This document shows, piece after piece, positions 1 to 10,920 of a DNA stretch of 64,000 nucleotides (its first letter is position 1; every line of letters begins with the position of its first letter). Origin of the DNA: an uncultured bacterium (lineage in GTDB: Bacteria; Verrucomicrobiota; Verrucomicrobiia; Limisphaerales; UBA8199); contig CAVVMW010000021.1 of NCBI GenBank assembly GCA_963749495.1, positions 128,001-192,000 on the forward strand, given 5' to 3'. Both the position numbers and the translations under genes were made by a program. Under the pieces are notes generated by a model. That model was not told where the DNA came from. It saw nothing but the letters and a program-made list of their open reading frames with translations, and did not search any database.

Positions 1-90
1 TGGAAACCTGCGCTACGCCATCCCGAAGGGATTATCCTTGGTTCTTTACAAGCCTGGTTCCTTTGCGTTAACCCAGTGGGACAATAAACT

Positions 91-3000
91 ATGAACTTGC
101 CGCTGGTCTCTGTTCTTGTCGGCCTGGGCTCAATCTGCAGTTGCGCTGCCGCTTCGTTCGATGCGGCGCCGTTCGGTTCCCTGTTGCCGGAAGGCAATGG
201 CGTCTTCTGGGAGGACCCGCGCGAGATCCACCAGGTCACCGTCCGGTTCGAGGGCGTCGCGCCTCCAGTGTCTGGGCTCCGGCTCGAATACTGGGGCAGC
301 CGCTGGCCGCAGCAGCACCTGCCCAAGGACCGCCAGCCGGGCGGCGGAGATGTCGGCTGGATGGAGTTGGGCAACTGGTTCAACGGCGGCTGGCGCGCGG
401 CGGATGCCGAGGCCAAGGCAGAGGGTTCCCAGGTCACCTTTTCGTTCCGGCCCCTCAACGAGAAGGAACATCCGGGACTCAAGGACTATCCGGTCCGCTT
501 CCGCTATAGTCTGAAGATTCGGGTGCGCGGGGAAGGCGCTCTGCCCCGAATCGAACGCATCCAGGCCTTTACGGATTCGACCTATGAGCAGCGCACAGTC
601 CGGCTGGCGTGGGAGAGGCCCCCGGGCCAAGTGCGCATCGAGGCCTTCAACGGCGAGGTGCAGGGCATCGAGCAAGCATCGCCGCTCGAGCACCGGCTCG
701 CGCTCAAGGCCGTGGCCAATACCGATCCGAACACCCTGGACCGCACGCTGGTGACCGTGAGGAACGGCCAAGAGGTCTTCACCTTCGGCGCCGACAACGT
801 GGCCAAAGAGGCCCTGTTTGTGCCGCGTTTCGGCGTGGCGGTGTTGCCGGGTGAGGATGGGCGCGATTACGCCGCCGTGGCCGCCCGGCAACGCGAGGGC
901 CATTCGGCGACTCTCTACGAGCGCGTCGCGCAAATGCCCGAGCAGACCTGGCGCTCCGCCTGGGACAACATGCCCGCCAAAAAATCGCGCATCTGTTTCC
1001 CGCTCGGCCTGGATGGCGGGCGGCAGCGGTTTCTGCTCGAGGCGGACGGGGCTATCCTGTTCCGCGCGAACGATCATTACCTCCGGGACCGCCCTGGCAA
1101 AGACACGCCGCGCTTGGGACTGGAGGCGGCGCCCGTGTGGCTCCGGTTCGGCGCGCTGCCGCAGCCCGTGGAACGTCACATCGAGGAGGAGAGCATCCCG
1201 ATCTGCTGCACCACCTGGGAGGTCGAGGGGCTGCGCATTTCGCAAACCGCCCTGGTGACCGAACTCAACGGCGCGAGGGCCGACGCGGCAACGCCTCCTG
1301 CGGAACGTCCCGGCAGTGTTCGTCGCCCGGTTCGTCCTGAGCAACATTTCAGCCGCCGCCCGCAGCGCCACCTTGCCGCTGAGCTACAGCCCCGGCGAGG
1401 CGGCAAGGGCCTTGCGCGCCGACGACCAGGGCCGGCTCTGGCTGGGCGAGGGGCTGCGCGGGCAGGTCATCGCCGATTGCCAGCCCGTCGCGGCAGGCCA
1501 AACCCTCAAGTGGAGTTGGACGCTGTCCCCGGGTGAGACCAAGACGGTTCTAGTCAAGATCCCATACCTGGTGCTGACGGAGCAATCCGAGCATGGCGCC
1601 CTGGCGCGGCTGGACTTCGAGACCGAACGCGCGGCGCTGGCGGGCTATTGGCGGCGGCGGCTGGATGAGAGCGCGCAGTTGACTACCCCGGAGCCGGTCC
1701 TCGACCGGTTTTATCGCTCTGTATCCGGCCACTTGCTCATCAACTGCGAGCGCGAGCCTGCGAGCAACCGGCGTTTTGCGCGGGTGGGTTCTTTCGCTTA
1801 TGGGGCTTACGGCAACGAATCGTGCATGATGGTGGCGGACCTGGACCGGCGCGGCTACCACATCGAGGCGCAGGAGTGCCTGGATGGCTGGCTCCATTAC
1901 CAGGGCACTGTCGGCTTGCCCGGCGACTTCTCCTCAAAGCAAGGCGTTCTCTACGGCGCCGGCGGCTACGAGAGCGGCGGCTACAACCAGCATCACGGCT
2001 GGATCCTCTGGTGCATGGCCGAGCATTACCGGTTCACTCGCGACGCTGCCTGGCTGCGCCGCGCTGCCCCGGGCCTGGTGGCCGCTTCCGATTGGATCAT
2101 CCGCCAGGCCGCCCGCACCGCCGGGCGGCAGGAACTCGAACGCGGCCTCCTGCCCGCCGGAAGTCTCGAAGACATCGGCGACTGGTGGACCTGGCTCTCA
2201 ACCAGTTGCTATACCTGGCGCGGACTCGATTCGGCCGCCTGGGCCCTCGAGCAAATCGAGCACCCGGAGGCCAACCGTATTCGCCGGGCCGCGGACGCCT
2301 TTCATGCCAGCCTCCTGGGCAACTTCCGCAAGGCGGCCCAACGCTCGCCCGTCGTGCGCCTGCGCAACGGCACCGCCGTGCCCCACATCCCCTCTTATGT
2401 GGAGCGCCGCGGGCGCAGCTTCGGCTGGATCTGCGAGACCCTCGAAGGGGCCCTCCACCTCCTCATCACCGGCGCGCTCGACCCGCATTCCCCCGAGGCC
2501 GAATGGATCCTCAAGGACTACGAAGACAATCTCTACCTCTCGAATCAATACGGCTACACGCTCCCGGATTTCGACCGCTACTGGTTCGGGCGCGGGGGCA
2601 TGTCCATGCAGGCCTGCCTGCTCCTGGACGTCGAACCCTACCTCCAGCGCGACAACGTCAAGCACGCCCTGCGCGCCATGTTCAACGCCATCGCCGTCAG
2701 CCACTTCCCCGACGTCCACATGAACACCGAGCACGCCCTGCCCGAGATGGGCGATTGGCGCGGCAACCACTACAAGAGTTCCGACGAGGCCAACGCCTGC
2801 GGCTGGCTGCGGCAGGTCTTCCTGCGCGAGGAGGGCGACGCCCTCCTGGTGGGCCAGGCGGTGCCGCGCGAATGGCTCAAGCCGGGTTGCCGTTGCGGCC
2901 TGGAACGGGCGGCCACCTGGTTTGGGCCGGCCGGCATCCTTTACACTCCAGGCCAGAATCAGATCACCGCCCAACTCGAAGGCCCGCGCCGCAACCCGCC

Positions 3001-3151
3001 CAAAACGATCCGCCTCCGCTTCCGCGATCCCATCGAGCGCCCCCTGGCCTCCGTCACCGTCAACGGCCAACCGTGGACTCAATTCAAGGGCGATTGGGTC
3101 GAGCTGCCGGGAAACGTCGGGTCTGCGAAAGTCGTGGCCGGTTACCAATAA
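91..3151 (+). CDS. Secreted glycoside hydrolase-like protein, (alpha/alpha)6-barrel type; one frameshift near 1310
   Basis: Signal peptide in ORF 91; protein-like sequence continues in ORF 1316..3151 (W/Y/G-rich helical region with GLLPAGSLED; C-terminal LLVGQAVPREW...ATWFGP beta domain typical of six-hairpin glycosidases). Confidence 0.6.
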
Positions 3152-3278
3152 GGAGCATTCCTCAACCCACTGCTCAATGCTCAATGAATCGGCGGGAATT
3201 CAACCCGTTCCGCTTCTCCGGTTCCGCTCAACCAACCGATCGTACTCAGGAAACGCCCGTTTGACCGCCTTCGTCCCC

Positions 3279-4079
3279 CTAAGCGGGCCGTCGCAAGTCC
3301 CGCAGAGGAACCAGGTCGTCAACCGTGAGCGCGAAGGAGAAGCGGTAGCCGGCGCCCACGGCCATGGGCCGCAGGTCGGGAAGCTCAAGGTAGGGATGGT
3401 CGAAAAAACGAAGTGTGGCGTCCCCCTTCCAAATCGGCGCGATCCGAACATCGCGCGATTTCAACTGTACCAGCTCGTGAACGGCCGGGAGATCGTGCTT
3501 TCCCGCCGCGAGTTCCGGAAAGTGGCGTGTGTTCACAGCCCTCGCGAACCCAGGGGAAGGAGGCGTTTGGGTCGGCTCGCGCAAGGTCACCTGCGCTTCG
3601 ATCAGCCGACGCTCTTTGACCGAGAGCGCCGCGCCAAACCGGCCGCCCGGACCCACCACGGGAGCAGCCTTTGACGGCAGGTCGTAGGCCCTGGTGATCC
3701 AGGTGGAGCCAATTTGCTTGGGCCAGCCCTGAACCAGGCCCCGCATCAGCGCCACGTCCTGGTCGACCCAGATAAATGGGCAGTAGGCCACCGGCGCGCC
3801 TTCGAAACGCGCCGAGAGCAGGACGAGCGTCTCGTGGTATTGGCTGCGAATCGGGTCCAGGTACTCATCGCCCGCCTCGCTGGCAGATTGCCACTCGACA
3901 AAATAGACCGCACAACGCCCGGAGTGAAGTTCAAGACCTTCGGGCAGGAAGGCCGCGGCCACACCGGCGTCCGCCTCGAACTCGACCGCAAGGGCATCGC
4001 CCACATAGTGCCAAGGCGGCGTGGCGACCAGGCTCGATGTGCCGCGCGGCGTGCGCGGGATTGTGTAGCCTTTGAGCAT
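3279..4079 (-). CDS. Acetoacetate decarboxylase-like family protein
   Basis: MLKGYTIPRTPRG..PPWHYVG start and GLVQGWPKQIG (Schiff-base Lys motif). Appears in frame with the upstream gene (see findings). Confidence 0.8.
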   Translation of the reverse strand: MLKGYTIPRTPRGTSSLVATPPWHYVGDALAVEFEADAGVAAAFLPEGLELHSGRCAVYFVEWQSASEAGDEYLDPIRSQYHETLVLLSARFEGAPVAYCPFIWVDQDVALMRGLVQGWPKQIGSTWITRAYDLPSKAAPVVGPGGRFGAALSVKERRLIEAQVTLREPTQTPPSPGFARAVNTRHFPELAAGKHDLPAVHELVQLKSRDVRIAPIWKGDATLRFFDHPYLELPDLRPMAVGAGYRFSFALTVDDLVPLRDLRRPA

Positions 4080-6518
4080 CAGGTCCAAAAGGTATTTCTC
4101 TCTGACTCTTGAGAATTCCTCGAGATTCTTCCGCCAGGCAGCGTGGATCTCCTGCAGCGGTTTGTTGGCCTTGAGGGCGTCGAGAGTGGCCGGGTCCAGG
4201 AGCAGGTGCCTCATCTTGTCGGGATCGAAGTCCTTGGGGTATAGGCGGAAGAGCGTCTGGGCAATCTGGAGGGCGACGTCCACCACGTTGCACTGGTCGC
4301 GGTCGGTGAGCAGGAGGTACACCCCCCGGCACGGCTGGCCCTTGTGGACGCTGTAGGTGGGGGTAAAGCAGACCGGCACAAACCGCACTCCGGGCAACCC
4401 GGCGCGGTTCAACTCCTCGGCCAATTTCAGGTCATCGATGTAGGGGGCGCCGAGGACCTCGAACGGCGTGTCGGTGCCCCGGCCGACCGAGAGGGCGCTC
4501 TCCAGCAGGCCGATGCCCGGGTAGAGAATGGCCTCGGTGAGGTTGCGCATGTTGGGCGAGGGGTTCATCCACGGCAGGCCGGTCTGGTCGAACCAGAACT
4601 CGCGGCGCCAGTTTTCGAGCGGAATCACCGTCAGGTCCGCGTTGCACTTGCGCTCCGCGTTGAACATCCGCGCCAACTCCCCGATCGTCATGCCGTAACG
4701 CAAGGGCACCATGTGATAGCCGACGAAGCCGGGCTTGCCCGTGAGCACCGGGCCGTCGAGCGTCACACCGTTGATCGGGTTGACCCGGTCGAGCACGAAG
4801 TATTTCTTCCCGCCGGCCGCCGCTGCCTCCATCGCCTTGGCCATGGTCGTTGTATAGGTGTAGAAGCGGCAGCCAACGTCCTGAATATCGAACACCAGGG
4901 CGTCCAGGTCGCGGAGTTGGCTCGGTGCGGGCCCAAGCCGCTCGCCGTAGAGGCTATACACCGGCAGGCCGGTCGGGCCGTCCACGCTGTCGCCCACCGG
5001 CTCATCCATCACGCCGCGTATCCCGTGCTCGGGGCTGAAGAGGGCCTTGAGTTGGACGCCCGGCGCGCGGCGGAGCAGGTCGATGGTGGGGTTGCGCTGG
5101 CGGTCCTGGCCCGTGTGATTGGTCACCAGCCCGATGCGCAGCCCCTGGAGCGGCCGGAAGTTCTGTTTCACCAGCACGTCAATCCCGTTGAGCGTTCCGG
5201 CCTGGGCCGCCGCGCCTCCCGAGGCCGCCCGCGGAGCGCGCCCGCCGGGGGTGGTCGAGGCGGTGGAGCCCGGCCGAGCTGCCAGGGCGCCGGGCACGTA
5301 AGCGAAATTGAAGTCGCCGATCGCCTCAGCCGCGAGCGTCCCCAGCCTCGCGCGCAAGGCGTTGACGTTTCCGCTCTCCTCGGGATGGTTGCGGTTCGAG
5401 AGGAAGATGACAAAGGTTTGCGAGAAGGGATCCACCCAGAGCGAGGTGCCGGTCCACCCGGTGTGGCCGTAGGAACCGACCGGGAAATGGGCCCCGCGCG
5501 GCCCGCTGTAAGGCGAGTCGATGTCCCAGCCCAGGCCCCGGCGCACAGCCATCGTCTCCGGCGTCTGCACGCGGGTCATGAGCCGGACGGTTTCCGGTTT
5601 GAAGATGCGGACGCCCTCCAAGGCGCCCTCGTTGAGCAGCATCCGGGCGTATCGGGCCAGGTCGGCGGCTGTCGTGAACAGCCCGGCATGGCCGGCCACG
5701 CCGCCCATGTGGCGCGCGGTCGGGTCGTGTACCACGCCGCGCCAGGGCTGGCCGTTGACCAACTCGGTCGGGGCGATGCGCCCGCGCTTGGAGTCCGGGG
5801 GCAGAAACCCGGTGTCGGCCATCTGCAGCGGCCGGTAAATCTCCAGCGCCACGAACTCCTGGAGGGGCGACCCGCTGACCCGCTGCACGACCTCGCCCAG
5901 CAGGAAGAAATTGATGTCGCTGTACCGAAAGGCCGAGCCCGGCGGGCCGACGAGCTGTTCGGCGCAGGCCCTCTGGATGGCCGCGGCCTGGCCGTGCCAG
6001 TCGGTCCGCGTTTCGATGTCCCCGCGCAGGCCCGAGGTGTGTGTGAGCAGTTGCCGGATCGTGATCGCCTCTTTGCCGTCGCCCTTGAATTCCGGAAGGT
6101 AGGCCTGGACCCGCTCGTCGAGTTTGAGCCGGCCCCGCTCGACGAGCAGCATCACCGCCGGGGTGCAGGCAACAACCTTCGTCAGTGAGGCCGCGTCAAA
6201 AATCGTGTCTTCTGTCATGGGCTCGACGCCTGGCACCAGGGCGCGGTTGCCGTAGGCCTTGTGAAAGGCCACCCCGCGATGCTCCAGCCACAGCACCGCG
6301 CCCGGACAGCGTTTCTGGGCGATAGCCTGGCCAACGGCCGCACTCATCTCGGCCAGTTTCTCCGCCCGGAACGCCGGCTGGAGAGCCGGTTGGGCAACTG
6401 GCGCCGGTGCCGGCGCGGGAGGCGGCGGCGGCGGGGTCCTGCACGAGGCAAGGCCCAAGAGCACCACGGCCAAACCGGCTCTACAGGCTCCCCGGGCCGC
6501 CGTAAATGAGTAGTTCAT
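4080..6518 (-). CDS. Lipoprotein: beta-lactamase-like serine hydrolase plus DUF1343 (NamZ-type exo-beta-N-acetylmuramidase)
   Basis: Lipobox LASC; SLTK (SxxK), YSD, GHTG motifs; then GLVTNHTG, LFSPEHG, DIQDVGCRFYTY, PSPN, ending REKYLL. Confidence 0.85.
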
Positions 6519-6578
6519 GTGGCCCGATTAAACCCTTGAGGGGCGCATTCTACAAGGGCGTTTTGGGATTCGCTGTGA

Positions 6579-6765
6579 GGCCTCAGTGAAGGTGGGAGTG
6601 GCACGGGGGCAGACCCCTCACCCCGGCCCTCTCCCCTTCGGAAGGGGAGAGGGAGAGTTTTCGGTTGCGCTTTGAGGAAGCGCAGACGCCTGGCATCTCC
6701 CGAGACTGCCGACGCCTCTCCCTCTCCCCTTTGGAAGGGGAGAGGGCCGGGGTGAGGGGTCTGCC
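6579..6765. repeat. REP-like family B (CCCCTCACCCCGGCCCTCTCCCC inverted pair), copy 1
   Basis: Two inverted hairpin arms; near-identical copy at 40581-40764 and related copy at 62370-62517. Confidence 0.85.
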
Positions 6766-6812
6766 TGGCACCCCATCTCCGCGTTCTCACCGATTACGAT
6801 TTGCTTGCTCGA

Positions 6813-7616
6813 ATGCAGCCGCTCGATTACCCAGGAGCGGTGCGCATCTCGCAAGGGCCGCGTCCTGGCCAACAGATCGAACTGCCCCTGGACCCCGGGC
6901 CTGCCGAGGCCCCTGCTGAACACTGGGTGCAGGCCGGGGGCCGCCGACTGCGCTTGCGCCTGGTCCGCAACCGGCGCGCCCGCCGGTATGTGCTGCGCCT
7001 GGGGACGGATGGCGCCGCGCGAGTGACCATCCCGCGAGGGGGCTCGATAGCGGAGGCCCGGCAGTTCGCCCTTCGGAACGGGGCCTGGCTGGAGCGGGAG
7101 CTGCTGCGCCTGGCCGCCCGCCCTGCCCGCCCCAAACCCCTGCGCCTCGGGGACCAACTCCTATTCCGCGGCCAGGCCGTCCGGTTGGAGCCGGGCGTCA
7201 ATGGCCAGACCGGCCTGGTCCGGTTGGCCGGCGAGAGCCTGGCTGTGCCCGAGACTGCCGACGACCTGCGGCCCGCGGTCGAGCGGCATCTCCGCGACGT
7301 GGCAGCGCGGGAATTGCCCGGCCGCGTCCTTGAACTGGCCGCCGCCCACCAGTTCACCGTCCGGCGTGTGCTGGTGCGCAACCAGCGCTCGCGATGGGGT
7401 TCCTGCTCCAGGCAGGGGACCGTCTCGGTGAACTGGCGCCTGGTGCAGGCGCCGCCCTGGGTGCGCGATTACCTCATCCTTCACGAACTGGCGCACCTGG
7501 TCCACATGAACCACTCGGCCCGTTTCTGGCGCGAGGTCGCCCGCCTCTGCCCTCAGTTCGCCCAGGCCAGGCAGTGGCTTAAGGAAAACTCCGGCCTGCT
7601 GCGCCAAATTCACTGA
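6813..7616 (+). CDS. YgjP/DUF45 (M48/SprT-like) zinc metallopeptidase-like protein
   Basis: [28 protein letters not shown]. Confidence 0.9.
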   Translation: MQPLDYPGAVRISQGPRPGQQIELPLDPGPAEAPAEHWVQAGGRRLRLRLVRNRRARRYVLRLGTDGAARVTIPRGGSIAEARQFALRNGAWLERELLRLAARPARPKPLRLGDQLLFRGQAVRLEPGVNGQTGLVRLAGESLAVPETADDLRPAVERHLRDVAARELPGRVLELAAAHQFTVRRVLVRNQRSRWGSCSRQGTVSVNWRLVQAPPWVRDYLILHELAHLVHMNHSARFWREVARLCPQFAQARQWLKENSGLLRQIH

Positions 7617-7628
7617 GGCATCCGGCTC

Positions 7629-7822
7629 ACCGCGTAGCGGTGCCCGATGGTAGCCGTGGACTTCCAGTCCACGGACCCATGGCCCAAGCTCAACCGCGTC
7701 GCGTAGCGACGCCTGAAAGCCGCGACGCTGTCATGCGTCGCTACGCGACGCGCCACCATTTTCCATGTCCCAAACCGTGGACCGAGGTCCACGGCTACCT
7801 TCGTTGCGTCGCTCCGCGACGC
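7629..7822. repeat. REPIN-like family A (GTAG + CCGTGGAC-N4/5-GTCCACGG hairpin, CGCGTAGCG sub-palindromes)
   Basis: ~190-bp mirrored unit; further copies at 27076-27465, 45496-45690, 50817-51275, 59977-60188. Confidence 0.9.
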
Positions 7823-7891
7823 CTGGGGCATTGCGAGGCCCTGCTGTTTCTGGTTGCGCGATGGCCGGAAGGTGCGGACGATGCATTCGGT

Positions 7892-9106
7892 GTGAAGACC
7901 TTGCACACATATTTGATCCGGCAGATTCTGGCCTCGCTGCTGATGACGGTGGCGGTGTTCACCTTCGTGCTGTTGATCGGCAACGTGCTCAAGGAGGTCC
8001 TGGCGTTGCTGGTGAACCGGCAGGCAACGCTGGGGTTGGTGGCCCAGGCGATCGGGCTGCTGGTGCCCTTCGTATGGGTCTTCGCTCTGCCGATGGGCAT
8101 GTTGACCGCGACGCTCCTCATCTTCGGCCGGTTCAGCGCCGACCAGGAATTGACGGCGGTGCGCGCCAGCGGCGTGAGCCTGTTGTCCCTGGTCAGCCCG
8201 GTCCTGCTCCTGAGCCTGGCCCTGTGCGCGTTGAGCGCCCTGGTGAACATGGAGATAGCGCCCCGCTGCCGCGTGGCCGAGAAACGGCTCCTGGCCAGCG
8301 TCAATATCGAGGTGGCCGCCCTGCAGATCCCCGAGGGCAGATACATCAACTTCAGGGACTACCTTGTCTATTTCGGCAAAAACCGCGGGGGCAACCTCGA
8401 GCGGATCACGATCGTCCATGTGAAGGACGAGACCAACGTGGATCAATTCATCAGCGCCCCGAGCGGCGCCCTCAAGGTGGACAACCAGAGGAAAAAGATC
8501 ACGCTCACGCTCCACAACAGCAAGATCGTGACCCTGAGCGGCACCACCTTCAACCCGGCCGCCATCGATTCGACCATCGAAGAGGACATTGACCCCGCAC
8601 GGAAAGGCTCGTCGGACACGAGGATCAGCGATATGACCTACAGCCAATTGCGCGAGGGGATGCAGCAGATGGAGGAGCGCTTCAGCCGGTCCATGAGCAT
8701 GGCGGAGCAGGCCAGCCAGTCAGTGAGCCCGAACGGGCTGATGCCGGAGGAACGCGACGTTAGAAAGAGGGAACTGGAGGCCAGGCGCAAGGCACTCAAG
8801 AAGACCAGCGAGGCGGCCACGATGCCTTATCGGGTCCAAATCCATCAGCAGATCTCGTTTTCGTTTGCTTGCTTCGGCTTCACCCTGGTGGGCATCCCCC
8901 TGGGCATCCGCGTCCACCGGCGCGAGACCAACATCGGGATTGCGATGGCCCTGCTCCTGGTGGCGGTCTATTACAGCTTCATCATGGTCGGCCAGGCCCT
9001 CGACACCCGGCCCGAGTGGGCGCCGCACCTCATCGTGTGGCTCCCCAATTTCCTGTTCCAGGCCGTCGGCGCCGTCCTGCTCTGGCGCGCAAACCGCGGA
9101 TTTTAA
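7892..9106 (+). CDS. LptF/LptG family LPS export permease
   Basis: GTG start [32 protein letters not shown]-terminal helices, WLPN. The ORF-track extension to 7640 runs through a repeat. Confidence 0.9.
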   Translation: MKTLHTYLIRQILASLLMTVAVFTFVLLIGNVLKEVLALLVNRQATLGLVAQAIGLLVPFVWVFALPMGMLTATLLIFGRFSADQELTAVRASGVSLLSLVSPVLLLSLALCALSALVNMEIAPRCRVAEKRLLASVNIEVAALQIPEGRYINFRDYLVYFGKNRGGNLERITIVHVKDETNVDQFISAPSGALKVDNQRKKITLTLHNSKIVTLSGTTFNPAAIDSTIEEDIDPARKGSSDTRISDMTYSQLREGMQQMEERFSRSMSMAEQASQSVSPNGLMPEERDVRKRELEARRKALKKTSEAATMPYRVQIHQQISFSFACFGFTLVGIPLGIRVHRRETNIGIAMALLLVAVYYSFIMVGQALDTRPEWAPHLIVWLPNFLFQAVGAVLLWRANRGF

Positions 9107-9267
9107 CCACGGAATACACGGAATACACGGAAAGGAAAAGATATGAGCAAGCTGATCCTGGAGCAGGAAACCCACGAACGCTTTGTGATATAAGACCGGC
9201 CAATGGTCGAAGCCATCTGACCGGCTTCGCCTGGCTCTTTTCCGTGTATTCCGTGTATTCCGTGGTT
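9106..9267. repeat. Inverted 9-mer tandem repeats (CACGGAATA) bracketing a mini-ORF
   Basis: AACCACGGAATACACGGAATACACGGAAAG ... CTTTTCCGTGTATTCCGTGTATTCCGTGGTT. Confidence 0.9.
9143..9193 (+). pseudogene. Probable internally deleted GxxExxY-family gene (MSKLILEQETHERFVI)
   Basis: Purine-rich RBS-like AAAGGAAAAG upstream; the two halves resemble GxxExxY N- and C-termini as recalled; repeat context. Confidence 0.55.
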
Positions 9268-9276
9268 TATTAATTC

Positions 9277-10059
9277 TTATTGGTTTTTCCTGCGAAACAC
9301 TTTGTACACTGCGGCCTGGTCCACGGGCTTGACGATGAGTTCATCGATGTTCACGTGCGCGGGGCGGCTGGCAACCCAGACGAGGATGTCGGCAATATCT
9401 TCCGCCACAAGCGGTTTGGTGCCTTCATAGACCTTCTGTGCCCGGGCGGTGTCGCCTTTGAATCGCACCAGCGAAAACTCGGTCTCCGCCAGGCCCGGAT
9501 CCACGGTGCTGACGCGGATGCCGGTGCCGTTGAGTTCGAGGCGCAAGGCGCGGGTGATCAGGAGTTCGCCCGCCTTGGCAGCGCAATAGGCGGCGCCGCC
9601 CTCGTAAGCCGTATGGCCGGCGACCGAGCCGATGTTGAGGATGGTGCTGCCCGGGTTATCGCGCATCAGGGGCAACGCGCCCCTCGTGACCCGCAGCACG
9701 CCCAGCACATTGGATTGGAGCATGGCCTCCCAGTCCTGGTCCTTGCCCTCCGCCACGGTGTCCAACCCGTGCGCGCCCCCGGCATTGTTGATGAGCACGT
9801 CGAGCCGCCTGGTCCGGGTCTTGCACCATTCCAGGAAGGCCTGGACGCTGTCGGTTCGGGCCACATCGAGCGGGTGCGCGTGGGCCTCGGGGGCGCCCGC
9901 CTTCCGCGCCTGGTCGGCCACCTGCTCCAGGCGGTCCATCCGCCGGGCGCCCAGCAACAAGCGCCCTCCCTCCGCCCCGAACGCCCGCGCCGCCGCAGCC
10001 CCGAAACCGCTTGAAGCTCCTGTGATCAAAATCCATTTGTCCTTGAGTTCGGATTTCAT
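9277..10059 (-). CDS. SDR family NAD(P)-dependent oxidoreductase (YdfG-like)
   Basis: ITGASSGFG, NNAG, YCAAK, DPGLAETEFS. Confidence 0.92.
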   Translation of the reverse strand: MKSELKDKWILITGASSGFGAAAARAFGAEGGRLLLGARRMDRLEQVADQARKAGAPEAHAHPLDVARTDSVQAFLEWCKTRTRRLDVLINNAGGAHGLDTVAEGKDQDWEAMLQSNVLGVLRVTRGALPLMRDNPGSTILNIGSVAGHTAYEGGAAYCAAKAGELLITRALRLELNGTGIRVSTVDPGLAETEFSLVRFKGDTARAQKVYEGTKPLVAEDIADILVWVASRPAHVNIDELIVKPVDQAAVYKVFRRKNQ

Positions 10060-10127
10060 GGCACAGGAATACCAGAGTCCGGCGGGGCCAGGCCAGCACA
10101 AAGGGCTACGGCGCCGGACTTTGCGTG

Positions 10128-10205
10128 ACTTTCGCGGCCTTTGTCGCGGCCTTTGTCGAAAACCGGCCCAATTCGACAAAGGTCGCGACAAAGGCCGCGA
10201 CAAAG
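10128..10205. repeat. Inverted 12-mer tandem repeats (CTTTGTCGCGGC / GCGACAAAGG)
   Basis: Mirrored tandem units; related set at 61172-61252. Confidence 0.75.
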
Positions 10206-10411
10206 ACACCAAAGCCATCCATAGTCCAGCGCGATTCTACTGTTGTGGGGCGGTCTGGATTATGCTAGTTTTGCGCGCGTGAACCGGTTGACAAGACAGG
10301 AACAGATGGTTCTCTGTGTGATTTTGGGCTTGCTCCTGACCGGCTGGGCGGTGAAGGCCTATCGGAGCGCACACCCGCCGGCGCAGGCAGCCAGACAGGC
10401 AACCCTTTGAT

Positions 10412-10846
10412 ATGCAGGAAGTCAACTTCGAGGAATCGCTCGATATGATCCGGGCCAAAGACCCGCGTTATGCTCGCGACGCCTACCATTTCGTGCGCGA
10501 GGCGCTGGACTTCACCCAGAAGAATATCGGCCGGGAAAATCGTGGCCGAATCCGCCATGTCAGCGGGCAGGAATTGCTGGCCGGCATTCGCGATTTCGCC
10601 ACCGCCCAATTCGGTCCGATGGCCATGACCGTCTTCGAGGAGTGGGGCGTTCGCCGATGCGCTGACTTCGGGGAAATCGTCTTCAACATGGTGGAGATAG
10701 GGCTCCTGGCAAAGACCGAGAAGGACAGCCGCGCCGATTTTCAAGACGGTTACGAGTTTTTCGAGGCCTTCCGGCGCCCGTTCCTGCCGCCCAGCCGGCA
10801 GGGCAAGCCTCTGCCCACCCCGGCCCCATCTTCCACTGGAGGCTGA
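10412..10846 (+). CDS. Verrucomicrobia/Planctomycetes-restricted conserved protein (Minf_1886-like)
   Basis: DPRY..AYHFVREAL, HVSGQELL, QFGPMA..WGV...DFGEIVFNMVE. Confidence 0.85.
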   Translation: MQEVNFEESLDMIRAKDPRYARDAYHFVREALDFTQKNIGRENRGRIRHVSGQELLAGIRDFATAQFGPMAMTVFEEWGVRRCADFGEIVFNMVEIGLLAKTEKDSRADFQDGYEFFEAFRRPFLPPSRQGKPLPTPAPSSTGG

Positions 10847-10920
10847 ACCCTTTGTCATTCGTCATTCGTCATTGGTCATTCGCCGATTCCCTTTGACCTC
10901 CCAACCGCCCCCGTCCCCCC

